A stretch of 64,000 bases of DNA from Paramecium tetraurelia (taxonomy: Eukaryota): assembly GCA_000165425.1 (NCBI GenBank), contig CT868676.1:66981-130980 (forward strand). Reading direction: 5' to 3'. Both the position numbers and the translations under genes were made by a program. Under the pieces are notes generated by a model. The model worked only from the letters and a program-made list of their open reading frames with translations, did no database searches and was not told where the DNA came from. Of the stretch, positions 40,595 through 53,206 are shown piece by piece (the first letter of the stretch is position 1; every line of letters begins with the position of its first letter).

Positions 40595-42695
40595 ATGGAA
40601 AGCTAATCATTTTCTCCTATGTTAGATAGAGTTATGGCTCAAGAAATCTAATCTGTTAGTTGGAGTAAAACTATGGATGTTTGTGCAATCCTATATGTGA
40701 ATAACTAATTAGAAATATGCAGAGTAAGCGAATAATTGCAAAGGATGTTCATGATTTAAGAAGACGATGCCATCAGCAATATTATTGTGGAAAGTATTCA
40801 AAGCTCTCTAATTAGGTACGTTCCTGACTTATAATGTTGGAAATAAATTGTTTTTGTATCATTTGGCTTCTCATCAAAAAATCATTCAATCTACTTTAAT
40901 CAAGAATTCAGATAAAATCACATAGATGCTTTTGGTTTAAGTGAATGTCAAAATCATTAAAGAGCTGGAATTATAAGCAGCCATAATTCCATTATCCACA
41001 ACAAACTTGTAATTGCATTGTTTATAAATAGGAAAAATTGGTAGAATCTTTGCTTTTTAAAACAACAACAAATAAATAATATCATATTCTCTTTAACTAA
41101 TAGGTAGATCGCCTACAATTTTAATGGGATTCTTCATTTGGGAGAAATTGAACATAAAGGAATTATTGAATTATACCAATTGCAAAATGAGTTGCACTGT
41201 TTTTCAGATTCTACTGTTGAAATTTATGACATCAGCCTAATGAAACATCAATAAATTTTAGTATAGCATTTAGTTTATCTAGAAATACATTTAGCAATTG
41301 AGTTACTTAAATGAACTATTTTGTTTTTTGAAAACATCAATCCTTTTAATAAACACTCAATTATAGGACATTTTCAAATGTTACCAACTCAACATCATAG
41401 GTCCATTGGTAGCTTTTGGACCTTAGGAATCAATCAATTCCCATATTTTGAAGTTTTACTAAAAAGGGGATTGTTCTCAAGAACTTGTTCAATTCTTTCA
41501 AAAAGAACTATACAATACTAAAATTTTGTAAAAAATGGATGATGTAATATATATGTTTAATTTAAATTAAGAATATCACAAACAGTTTCAATAATATTTA
41601 GGAAATTATTTAGGATTCGTTGATGAATGTCTTATCAAGAATTTTAATCATTCTCAATTTCTTTATTCAGTCAAAAAATATGTAACAAATTTAATGGATA
41701 TTAAATTAGGCCCTTTTATTAAGGACTACACAAAACACCTTTTGAAGAGTTATAATAAACAGTCTAAAAGATTTAAAAGTTATTCAGCAGATTTTAGATA
41801 GAGTGTCATTAGACGAAGTTACATTTAAGAAACTTTTTCGTTTGGTTAAATCTATGTGCAATAAAGGCAGGAAATGAGTAAGAAGTAGAATGTGAGAATG
41901 TAAACTCCCCCCTCAATAAAATAGAAGTAGATCTATCAAAATTATTTGATTTCTTGAAGGATAATCACTTGTTTTAGTTAAGAAATTTGCAATGCTTCTA
42001 TTAGGGCAAAATATGTATTAGATATATTTGATTGAATAGCACCAAAGACATTTTTCACAAAGGTAGTTGTATAGAAAAATATAGAGTTCAAATAAACTGA
42101 AAACATTACTAAGATTTTATAAAATGTCTTTAAAGATAGTTATGTGGACAATGTTAAATAGAAACAACATTAAATAGAATATGAAGAATCTTTTGAAACA
42201 GTCAATTCATTAATTAGAGAATTGCAAAATAATTTAGATAAAATTGCTATTAATTTGAAGCCTCATCTTAGAACAAAAATCAACATTGATCTTTCTAGTT
42301 CAATACTTAGATTTTCTGAGAAATCTGAAGAATCTTATTTGATTTCAGTCTTAAAAGATAATACCATCATTCAATACACTTATTAATAGCAGGGTTTCGT
42401 CAAATCAAATAAGATTTAGTTTAATAACAAATTTATAAAGGAATTATAATATTTTGATGGAAAACTAATCATTTTGAGTACAAATCAATAAAAGTCAAAT
42501 GAGTTGGCAAGAACCAATTAATAAAAGGATGAGGGATTATTTAATTAACTGTAATTGACAGCTTATATTTCATCGGTGGATTTGGAAACCCAGAATAAGT
42601 TTGAGTGTCACTCAATCAAAGATCTGTAAGTTAGTAAGAAAGGACTAATATCTATCATTATAGATTCTAAAAAATTAATTATTCTTTCCATTTGA
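40595..42695 (+). CDS. APC4: Anaphase-promoting complex subunit 4-like
   Basis: N-terminal SWSKTMDVCAILYVNNQLEICRV...LQRMF (ANAPC4 WD40-like); helical GDCSQELVQFF...ILQKM and LRNFFVWL motifs. Confidence 0.7.
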
Positions 42696-42745
42696 ATATT
42701 ATTTTATATTTATTTAGTAATGTAAATTTATTGATTTATCTAATA

Positions 42746-43108
42746 TCAATTCTATTCTTATTGGGCGGCTTATAACTTTTATAGGGAGAATATTTTACTT
42801 CTTTTTTCAAATCAGCAATTTCCCTCTTCAATCTAATGTTCTCATCTTTAAGTTTTTCATATTCTAATTTGAGTTTGTCAACATCAATATCAACAGGTGA
42901 TCCTAAGTACTTTTTAACATAACTAGAGAATCAATGGAAATATAGTACTCAATGGCATTGTTTGGCTTTTCTGGTTCTTCATATAATCCCACCAGAACTC
43001 TAGTCAATTGATCTATAACACCGGCCTTTTCTAAATACTTTCTGAATTCTTCTTTCTTGGAATCTGTTGTCTATGAAATAACCTTCAAACAATTACTTAG
43101 AAGCTCAT
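42746..43108 (-). CDS. MYCBP: c-Myc-binding protein homolog (AMY-1/FAP174)
   Basis: DSKKEEFRKYLEKAGVIDQLTRVLVGLYEEPEKPNNAIDYVKKYLG followed by a coiled coil; three introns. Confidence 0.95.
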
Positions 43109-43274
43109 GGAATTTATGATAATTATATTATTAATAAAGTTTAATTCGAGACAATCCTATCAAATAAAATGTTGACAAGAATTGTGGAACTGCCTCAATC
43201 AGACATAAGATATTAATTTATTAGGATGATTAACTGATAATTAGAACAGATTATCTAATTATTAAATTATAAAA

Positions 43275-44995
43275 ATGGATTTTAGTAATGAGCTGATAAA
43301 CTTGATCAAGGAATGGGCTCCGAGAATGAGCAGTCAAGATATTAATAATGAATTAAAGAGGGCTCATGGAAGAATTGATTATGATTCAAACTTAATGCAA
43401 CATTAATGCAATAAAAGCTAATTAATTGGTTTCATTGAGGCAGAGTCTCTTCAAGCGATCGAGGAAAATCAATAGAAAAGCAAAGAGATTTAAGCATATC
43501 TAGGAGAAGATAGTTAAAAAATGGTCTTAATAATGTGCCAAGGAAAAAAGAATCAATGAGGATCATTTAAAATATTGTTCAGCTGTGCTATTGCCATACG
43601 GTTCAGTGTTATTGGGTGTTGCAGACAGCAAATCTGATATAGATTTAATTTGCATTGCTCCAGAATTTATAGACAGAAGGGAGTAATTTTTTAATGGGTA
43701 TTTATGATTGAAATGTATTAAAGCCTATTTTACTTGTTATCAAATGAGCAAGGAATGGAATAGATAAATAAAATTGAAAGCACCTCAAATCCCATTATAA
43801 AGATGATTTACAAAGGATTTCATATAGATATTAACTTTGCTCAGTTAAATTCAGATAGAGTCCCTGAAAATATAGACGATAATTTAGATGAATTACGAAG
43901 AAACCTATTGTAAAGTGAAGATAAATCATTGTATGCTTTGAATGGTCGAAAGAATGGTATTTTAATTAGTAAATCAATGCCTGACCATTCCCAATTCGTT
44001 TAGGCTTTGAGAATCATAAAGTAATGGGCAAAGAAAAGAAAGGTGTCAAGCAACATAATCGGTTATTTGGGAGGTATAAGTTGGGCAATCTTGATGGCAA
44101 AGATTTGTTAACTATTTCCAAGAGTGGATGTGTGTTAAACTGTTAGTCTATTTTTCTAAATTTACTCTCAATGGAATTGGAAAATACCAGTTGTGATTGA
44201 TGAATCTGAGTAAGATTTTATTTGTTATTGTTTTCTAGTCCAGAGATAGAGACTTTTAAGACTCTCTGTTGGAAGAGAGATGAAGATAAAAGGAATGATA
44301 AGATAATGCAGATCATAACTCCGGCATATCCATTCTTCAACACAACATTCAAAGTCAATAAGATCACTTTTCAAACCATCTTCCAAGAATTCCAGATCGG
44401 AGCTTAGAAATTAGGAGATTGGAATGAAGTATTGAGACCATTAGATTTTTTTGATTGTTTTTAATACTTTGTTGCCATATCTATAGTTTCTAAGAGCTCT
44501 GAGAACTTTCATAAGTGGACTGGGTTTTGTGAAGCACAATTACCTAAACTATTAAAGTTGATTGGACACAATGAAGCAATTTATGATAATACTAGTTTTG
44601 AGTTGAGAATAACACCTGATGGAGAAGAGAATCTTGAAAGAGATTATGCCAAATCTCTCACATATTTCTTGGGGATCAAGAAATTAAAACCAGATGCATG
44701 GCCTCTCTTCTTAAGGATTCCTATTACTTAGTTTGCAATAGAATTAAATCAGAGAAAACTATAGAGTTTTAAAAATGAGGAGGAATTCAATATGAAGATT
44801 TATGTTGCCAATGTGACTGATATTGATCAATTAAGGGGAAAATTGTCTCCAAGAATGTATGATGATTCGGATTGCATTGTGAAGAAGATCAAGATGAATG
44901 AAGAAGATAAAAATGGAAGTGCTTATTTGGTTAAGAGAGTCTCTTCAATCTAAAGCAGTGGTATCAACTAGGATGTATTAAATGATATGTTTTGA
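43275..44995 (+). CDS. PAP: Canonical-type poly(A) polymerase, divergent, with an apparent 1-nt frameshift near 43503
   Basis: YGSVLLGVADSKSDIDLI, IDINFA, WAKKRKVSSNIIGYLGGISWAILMAKICQLFP, MQIITPAYPFFNTT. Confidence 0.9.
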
Positions 44996-45036
44996 ATAAT
45001 GATGAATGTAAATTTGCAAATATAATTATTATTAAT

Positions 45037-46070
45037 TCATTTTATTTTATCTATGTATTCTTTTAATGTATTTTGGTTTCCTCCTGTCCATCTAAATTTC
45101 TATTGTCCATTCTGATAAATAATGAAGGTTGGGATGCTAGTCACTTGTAATGAATCTGCTAATTCTCTGGCCTTAATTTATAAGAAATTGTGTGTTTACC
45201 TTCTCAATATTCACATTGTAGAAATTGATATGCGGGTAGTCTAAAGATAACTTATGAAACACTGGTTTTATAGTCTTGCATGGTCCACACCAATCTGTAT
45301 AAAAGTCTATAACACATTGAGGACTGCTCTCTATCAAACAAAAAAAGGACTCTAAATCCTCGATTGGTATAACATTAGTATCTGTTGAAGAATGTTATTG
45401 TGGTTGTTATTAGGCTGCCTAAACTGTTTAGTTCTAGGGAACAATCTGTGGCTAAGGCTATGGCTAGTTTATTATTTAGGGATTTATATTTTGGAAATTT
45501 TGAAGTACGTCTAAGTCTTAATTGTAGACTTAATTAAAATGCTCAGTCTAATCCGAAGCCTGTTTATTGGTGATTTGCTCTATTATGGGTTTCATCATTT
45601 ATCCTAATTAAGTATTTAAAAATTCTTATGGCAATCCTAATGTGAATAATAAGATTATAATTTACCTGTAATGTTTTCAGGAATACCCTTTCCAACTAAA
45701 AATTCGGCACATTCATTCGTAAAATTATTGCAATTGTTTTTAAATAGGTCATATTTCTCCATTGTATAATTTGAACTTATGTTTCTCAAGAATTCTTCAA
45801 ATGTACTCTGTGGGATTTCTGTTTCTCCCAATTCTCTTTCCTAACTCTTAGTATAAAACAATGAACCTCTATTGGGTATCCGTATATAGTCGTTTTAGGA
45901 TTCTAAGCACAAATGCCTCCACCGAAATAATATTCCTTTCCATACACTACAATTCCAGTGTGCCATATAGCCTCAATTTATTTCCCTAAAAACATAGGTG
46001 AAAATTGTCTGGCCATTCCTTAAGACAAATCATACATGTTGAGTGTAACCTTGTACTTCTGATTATCCAT
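45037..46070 (-). CDS. PPPDE/DeSI-1 peptidase fused to a C-terminal thioredoxin domain
   Basis: VTLNMYDLSQGMARQFSPMFLGKQIEAIWHTGIVVYGKEYYFGGG...YDLFKNNCNNFT, a Q/P linker, then VIDFYTDWCGPCKTIKP...VTSIPTF. Confidence 0.93.
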
Positions 46071-46259
46071 TTGGAATATAATAATTAATACTAAAATTAA
46101 TGAAACAAAATTTGAGTTTTTCATTTTAATTCAAAAATACATTCGAAGTTTAACATCGTCATTACATTACTCTTCAAACCCTTATAACATTAATCACATA
46201 AATTTGTTAAATATCAATTAATCGATATTTGCAATAAAAAATAAAATTAATTAACTGAA

Positions 46260-48520
46260 ATGAACAGAGCCAGGTTCGATGAGACTAATCGAAAATTTTA
46301 GGTATTTCTTTTCCATAACCAATAGGAATATTAAGCTGAATTCAAAATTCCACTCCTCCCCTCCAGTCAATAGGAAAACTTTAACGCTTAAACCTTCTAT
46401 AGACTTTATCCAGAATTGACTCCATTGAATGCCATAAAACCCCATCAAGCACAAGCCTTTAATCCAGAAAAGACAAGACTCTACATAGAGAGTCTGTAAA
46501 AGCAAAATCAAGAGATCAATTTTGAGTTAAGACAATAAGCGCATGATATTGTTGCTTTGTCTCAGATGGTTAATACATTGATTGATGAAAATCGAAGTCT
46601 TTCGTTATTACTCGAACAAAAGGATTAAGAGATGCATTCCATTGTTGAAACCATGACGATTAACGAAGCTGAGGAAATCCAAGACCTCAGACACTAATTA
46701 AGATTATTGGAGGATGAAAATTGTGTCCTCTTAAAGCATGTCTAAGAATAAAGATAATAATTAGATGATAAGATACAAGATGGTTATGAATTAGAAAAGC
46801 AGTTCTAAAATTCAAAAAAATATTGTCTCTAACTTGAATAATAGGTTGAAAAATATAAGTTATCTGAAATTTCACAAACTGAGTAAATGCAAATCATCAA
46901 GGAGAACTGCAGAACGGAAATAGAACTTAAGAATTCTTATCAATTCGAAAATCAGAAAAAGGACAGTATCATTACATCACTGACCTTCACAGTTGAAAAA
47001 TTGAATAAACAATTGTTGTAATTCTAATCAGATTTTGAGAAATTGCAATCAGACAAAAATGATTTGCATTCTCAAAGCAATCTTAAGATCTATGAATTGA
47101 ATCAAAAATTAGATGATTAGAGTAATGAAATATCGAAATATCAGATTATCAATAATCAATTAACTAAAGAAATCGATTAATATCACGAAGAACTTAAAGA
47201 TAAGTAATTCCTTTGTGATCAAATCGCTGACCAAAACGATGACATTATGAACAAATTATAAATGGAAATTGAGAAATCGAGGAAACTATCTGACAACGAA
47301 GCTAGACTCTAAGAACATATCGGAAAGTTGAGTTTGTAAAATGCTGAATATTTCAATGAATTGAATTAGCAATCAGAACAAATTGGCGAATTGATTGATA
47401 CTGCTCAAAGGGATTTGGAAACTTAGAAGTTGAAATTCAATGAAAGTATGTAGAAGTTAAAATAAGATTACTTGAATGATCTTAAAGATAAACAATTGGA
47501 GATCTAAGAACTTGAAGAGAAGAACACTACAATCCTAAAGGAATGGAATGCAGTCAAGAATGAACATGAAATACTTAAGATAGATTATGAATAGTGCAAA
47601 AAAGAAATTAGTGATTATCAACAATAAAAGAGAATTATTGAATAGCTTTAGTTGCAAAATAGACAATTAAAACTCTAATTGGAAGAAAACAAGGCTTTGT
47701 TACAAGAATTCGTATCACACAAAGGTGGAGTCTAGGCAGACATCGAAGAAAGGGATAAACAAATTCAAAAAATCATCAATCAGAAGGACGATCGCATTGC
47801 TGAATTAGAGAGGGATTTTTAAATGTATTATGAAAAATGTGCGATTCTATAACAACATCAAAAGAATAACGAACATCTAGAGTAATTGAACTTTACTTTT
47901 AGGGAATAAAAAGAATTATTTGAATAAGAAAATGAAAGATTGAAATAGGAGATTTCAAAATTGCAAGGTTAAATTAATAATTATGCTACTGTATAAAAAC
48001 AATAGAAATTAAGAGCTGACAAATAAATCATTGAAGAAAATTAATAACTTAGAAAAGAGCTTAATGAAAAGGCAAATGAACTACAGAAGCTAAAGGATCA
48101 ATAACCAAATATGAACACATTGCCTCTGCCTCCTAAATAGCCAAGTGAAGCTGGTAGTAGAGTGAGACAAGGACAACCTTCTCAAGACTTTTAACAAACA
48201 AAACAGAATCAAGTGTATCTCGCACCATAGTAATTAATCTAAGTATGAATTTATATGTATAAATTAAGCCATCTTCTCCTCATCATTCATAACATTCACC
48301 GGCTCTATCAAGAAGAAACATTTAGGAATCAGATGATGGTTCAGTTAAGGGAGGAGGAAATACTTAAAACAAAAATATGTAGTATTCTTTTGCTGATGAT
48401 CAACTGAAATAATAATAACAATAATAATAATAATAGCAATAAAGATAGAGAGAAAGAGAAAATTCATATCATTCTAATATGTCAAATGCTCCTTACAGAA
48501 AAAAATCATAATAAATATGA
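46260..48520 (+). CDS. Long coiled-coil hypothetical protein
   Basis: About 730 codons of E/Q/K/L heptad-rich sequence, tiny introns near both ends, TGA 48518-48520. Confidence 0.8.
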
Positions 48521-48787
48521 ATGATATACTATTATCTTAAATTTCATACTATTTAAATAATATTTCTTTTTATCATTCTTTGTGTTAATATTTAATTTAG
48601 TGTTACTTTGAATTTATTGCAATTCTCTGAAAGTAAAAATTGCTCTTAATAAAAATATTAATTTGTATTTAATTATTAATAAAAATATTTTGAATCTTCT
48701 TTTTAATTAAATGCAAAAGACAACTAAGATATAAATCAAAAATCAACTTAACAATAATTTTATAAAAAAAATAATATTTAAACACAT

Positions 48788-50874
48788 TCATAATTCAAAA
48801 TCAAAGATTGGGACATTTGCTTGAGTCTATTTAATTTTGTGAAATTACAAACTGGAAAATTCTGGAACATTCATAAAAGATTCCAATCTATTAATATTGA
48901 AAAATTAAATTACTTCTCTTTTAGAAAATTGTAAATCTGCATTCTAGCAAATTCAATAGCTCTCTCATCATTTACAATCACTACTTCTTAAAATTAGTAT
49001 TAATAAATGGAATCTACAGTTGATCTAACACCTTCTTGGATCAATGGTTATTCACCGTCGTATATATCAATTGTTTTTGGATCAAAATCCCATTTGCCAA
49101 CAGGTTTAGCAGGTTCAGCTATTTAATTAGTTTCCTCTTGCTGAACCTCTCCAGTTTATTGTTATTACTCTTGATTTTAATCTTAGGGCTATTCTTCTTC
49201 AAAATAAGGAACCAACAAATTAACTATTGCAGTGACATTTTCAAGCTAGTTTTAAGGCTATTTAAAGATGATATTAATCTTTTTCTTCGCCTCTACCATG
49301 TCTAAATCATGTTGAGTGATTTCTGGCTTTTAGTAAGGTTCTTCCTTCTGTTAGTTTTGAGCTTATTATTAGTCCTATTATTGTAATTATTACTAGTCTT
49401 CTGCCTATTAGGATTATTATTCTGGATTTTATTATGGGTCAAGGTCATCTTATTTAATTTAAACTTCAGATTTTTATATGGGTTCTTTGTAATTTATTGA
49501 TTTAAAGTAAATATCAAAGAAACCATCAAGCAATTTATTTAAAATGGTTTTTCTAATATTAGTTACAAATTGTTATGATACATAAGATGACCAAAACGGG
49601 GACTGACTCCTTAGGAATTCAATAGTTAATTGTTTTGCATTTTTTTCGAATACATACAAGTCTTCATCGATTTTATTCAATGCTTCTTAGATGAGAGGTT
49701 GCATAGCTGAATTGATAGTGATATTAAACTAATTGCATTTATTCATCAATATATCCAACCAAATTGTCTATATGATTGATTCATCAATTTAATCAAGTTG
49801 ATCACCTGTAATTAGATCTATGCCCTCAGCTAAAAGTAAAAAGAGATCCAAATGCAATACAACTCCTTTCTGTCCAACTTCAGCAGTTCCTTCTTAAATA
49901 TTAACTTAAAATATGGAATTGGATGTTTCAGCCTTAGAAAGTGTTAGATTATACAATGCACTTCTTTAGACTTCTCTTTTTTCTTTTAATGCTCTTCTTC
50001 TTTTAATTTCTGCCTTCCTCTTCTTTTACTCCTCAATTTCAATTCTCCTCTTCTCTAGCCTATCAAGATGTTCCTATCTCTTTTATTATTCTTTTTGATA
50101 ATAAAATGAATGTTCTTGAAGAATGGGAGTTTAGATCTCCTCTAAAAATGATTGGAAACCATTTTATGAAGTCTGAATGTTATTGCAATTCTATTTGATT
50201 CTTTCCACAAGCCAAGGGAGAGTGTTTACTTTGAGTTCAAGTATATGATCATTCCTTAATAATCCCAAATTCTGGAGATCGTTTAGGATTCTTGAATTCA
50301 CTCCTTTAAGGACACCTTTGGAGAGCGCTCTGGCTATAAATTTCTATTATGACAGTTTCATCTAATCTTGGTATAATTTGTGCTGCAATAACCTTCTTTC
50401 CTAAAATATAATAGTCTATTTTAAGTACTCGTTCTTCTTTTCTCCTCACATAAGCTGCTTCCATCCTCTATGTTACCATTAATTCAGCATTTCGTTTTTT
50501 TTCAAAAGCAGCCTTTTATATTTGCAATTCCTCTCTTTCTGACTCCTCAATCAATTCCATTCTAGCCTATTCAACAGATTTCCCAACCAAAACCTATAAC
50601 ACAGGCTCCACTTCCAATTTGTAATCAAATAAATCTGGCTCATATGCTTCTATTTATGTTTGTCTGTCAATCCCCTTTGGCAAAGGCTTGTATTCAGGAG
50701 TTGCCTTGAGTATTAAGCTAAAATTACAGGTCGATCTATATAATAATCTGGTTTGATTCTTGATTCATCATCAGGAAGATCAGTCAATTCCTCATAAAGG
50801 TCTTGATCTCTGTACTTTGGATGTGATACTTGAGGCTCAGCTTCAAACTAATAAACATTGGCTTGAGCTTGCAT
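48788..50874 (-). CDS. RSP3: Radial spoke protein 3 paralog with long C-terminal extension
   Basis: YIDRP|ATPEYKPLPKGIDRQTQIEAYEPDLFDYKLEVEPVLQVLVGKSVEQARMELIEESE...KRNAELMVTQRMEAA. Confidence 0.9.
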
Positions 50875-51269
50875 ATTATTATTTAATTTAATAACTAATG
50901 TATATAATTAAATCAAAACTATTTAATGTTTTCATCAAAAATCAAGAATTTTATTTATTTTATTCAATCTAATTCTATGATTCCTGATGCAGTCTCAAAT
51001 TTATTAATGCTTCAATTCATTTTATTTTTAATTTCCATAAATTAATTTAAAATATATTAGATTTTTCCACTTTTATTAAAAATAAAAATTGCAATGCAGA
51101 TCTTTTTTACTCAATTTTGAAATGTCTTAATATATTTATGAAAACTTCCATTGTTTCGATTATTCTTACAAGTTCAAATTAGATTTATTACTTTAATGAT
51201 TGTATTCATAGCATATTGGTTGGATCAACTAAAAATCTGTTTAAGAAATGAACAATATTTTATAAAATA

Positions 51270-52340
51270 ATGAGATTATTAATATTTTATCTAAACCTTA
51301 TACTCATTATTTTTGTTTGTGCAAAAGCTACTCCATAAAATAAGTTACAAGACTTCAAGGAGATAAACAATTAAGTGACAAAAAAGAGTCAAATCAATGA
51401 ACCTATCTAAAATGATGCTAGATCACCTTAAAATTAAAGTGAAGAATAAGCAAAATAAAGAAATACTTATAAGGAATCATAATTAAAAAATTTAAATTAG
51501 CTTAAGCCCTTGTTTGGTGTAATGAAATTTGTACTTAGCTTTGATAGTTAAGAAAATCAGATTAAAATCGCGATTAAAATGGATAAGTAATGAACCGAAA
51601 TATTACCAAGGACTAAGGACAATCAAATTAAATGACTAAAGGGACACCAATAGGCATGGAAAATGAGTAATTGCTCTTTATATGGGATGAGCAATTGGGA
51701 AACTTCGAACCAGAAGTAACACTAACATTTGATTTACCTCCTGGTACTATAGAGGTATACAACTCTTTTTGTATATGCTTTAGGTATTTTGTGAGGACAT
51801 TTTGAAGCCTACAAAAATCAAAGGGGCTTTCTTTATCTCCTAATTACCATTAGAGGAAAGGATTGATTTCTATATCAAATCCTCAAATAATACTTTGATC
51901 TATTCGAAGGAAAAGGTTATTGAAGGAATATTTAATATTGATATTTTGGAAAAGGGAGAATACAAATTTATCTTCTAGAATAAAAGAGTATGAGAAATCG
52001 CTATAAACATAGACCAAAGGCACTCAAACAATTATATTCACTCTTGATGTACATGATTCAGAATAGGAAATTATGAAAATTGAAGACTTAGACCCCTTAG
52101 AGTAAAGAATAGAAAGAATATCAATGGCGATGAGAGTATTTAATAATATTATGCAAAAAGGATAATTATTATTTTGATAAAATAACTGGATAAATATTTG
52201 AAGGCAATTTAAGCCAAATACAGAAATCAAATGAAGAATTATTAATGTTTAGTATTATAGAGAGTGTGGGAGTGGTCTTGATTACAATTTGGTAAGTGTA
52301 CTACATAAAGAGAATGGCTGGCAATCAAAGATTATTTTGA
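51270..52340 (+). CDS. emp24/gp25L/p24 (GOLD domain) cargo receptor with extended luminal N-terminus
   Basis: Signal peptide MRLLIFYLNLILIIFVCA, GOLD TFDLPPGTIE|VFCEDI...GEYKFIFQN, coiled coil, TM LLMFSIIESVGVVLITIWQVYYIKRM. Confidence 0.88.
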
Positions 52341-52429
52341 ACTTATTACAATTAAATATTTGATTGAAATTATTAATTCCTACTCGATCTTTAGTAATGA
52401 TAAATAATTGTTTTTGGATATATAAAATA

Positions 52430-53190
52430 ATGAGATAATAATAAATTTCTGCACCTACAACCTAATTTGGATTAAGACACTCTTTACAAATCTAATCGTC
52501 TCCCAATATAAAACTATACCAATAATCACCTTATCACTCACCATACTAATCACCCCTATTATAATAGCAATCTGTCTCTTAATAAAGACAACCGATATAA
52601 TAAAATAATTTGGGAAATGTGAATAGAAATCTGTTTAATGATGCTTCAAATAAGAAATGCAAATTAGTGGATTTGAATCACATAGAAGAACCATGGAAAT
52701 AGAAAGTATTTGAATTAGAGAAGAAAATTTAATAATTAAAATAATAATAAAAAAATTAGGAAAGTGATTCTGATGAGAGTGAATTATCTCAGGTTTATAG
52801 TTAAGTTTAACAGTTTGTGAATACTATAAAAATATTGCAAGAAGAAATTTAAAATTTATAAGAAAAATTAAACATAAAATAAAATATAATTGGCGGTTAT
52901 GACAAACAGTTAATTGCTAAAGATAAAGAGTTGGAAGATCAAAACCATTACATTTAAGAGTTGCATAGTTAATTAGAAGAATAAACCTTAAGGATGGATG
53001 ATAAGCAGAAACTCCTACTTGAGGAAATCAACTCGTGGAAAAGGAAGTTTATTGAACAAAATAAGTAGATATTATTGTAATTTATAGAGGATTACATAAA
53101 ATTTAAGATGAATAAGTTGTGCTTTAAACATAAATTGATAATCTTAAAACCATTAAATTAATGTTAAATAAATAGAGTGAATAAACATGA
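52430..53190 (+). CDS. Hypothetical coiled-coil protein
   Basis: MRQQQISAPTTQFGLRHS...IEEPWKQKVFELEKKIQQL...EEINSWKRKFIEQNK; two introns. Confidence 0.7.
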
Positions 53191-53206
53191 ACATATACTT
53201 TTGCCT

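Noticed and set aside
51261..52436. Identical 16-mer TATAAAATAATGAGAT at the start of two adjacent genes (51261 and 52421)
   Set aside because: Low-complexity A/T start context around ATG; the proteins are unrelated and chance is plausible.
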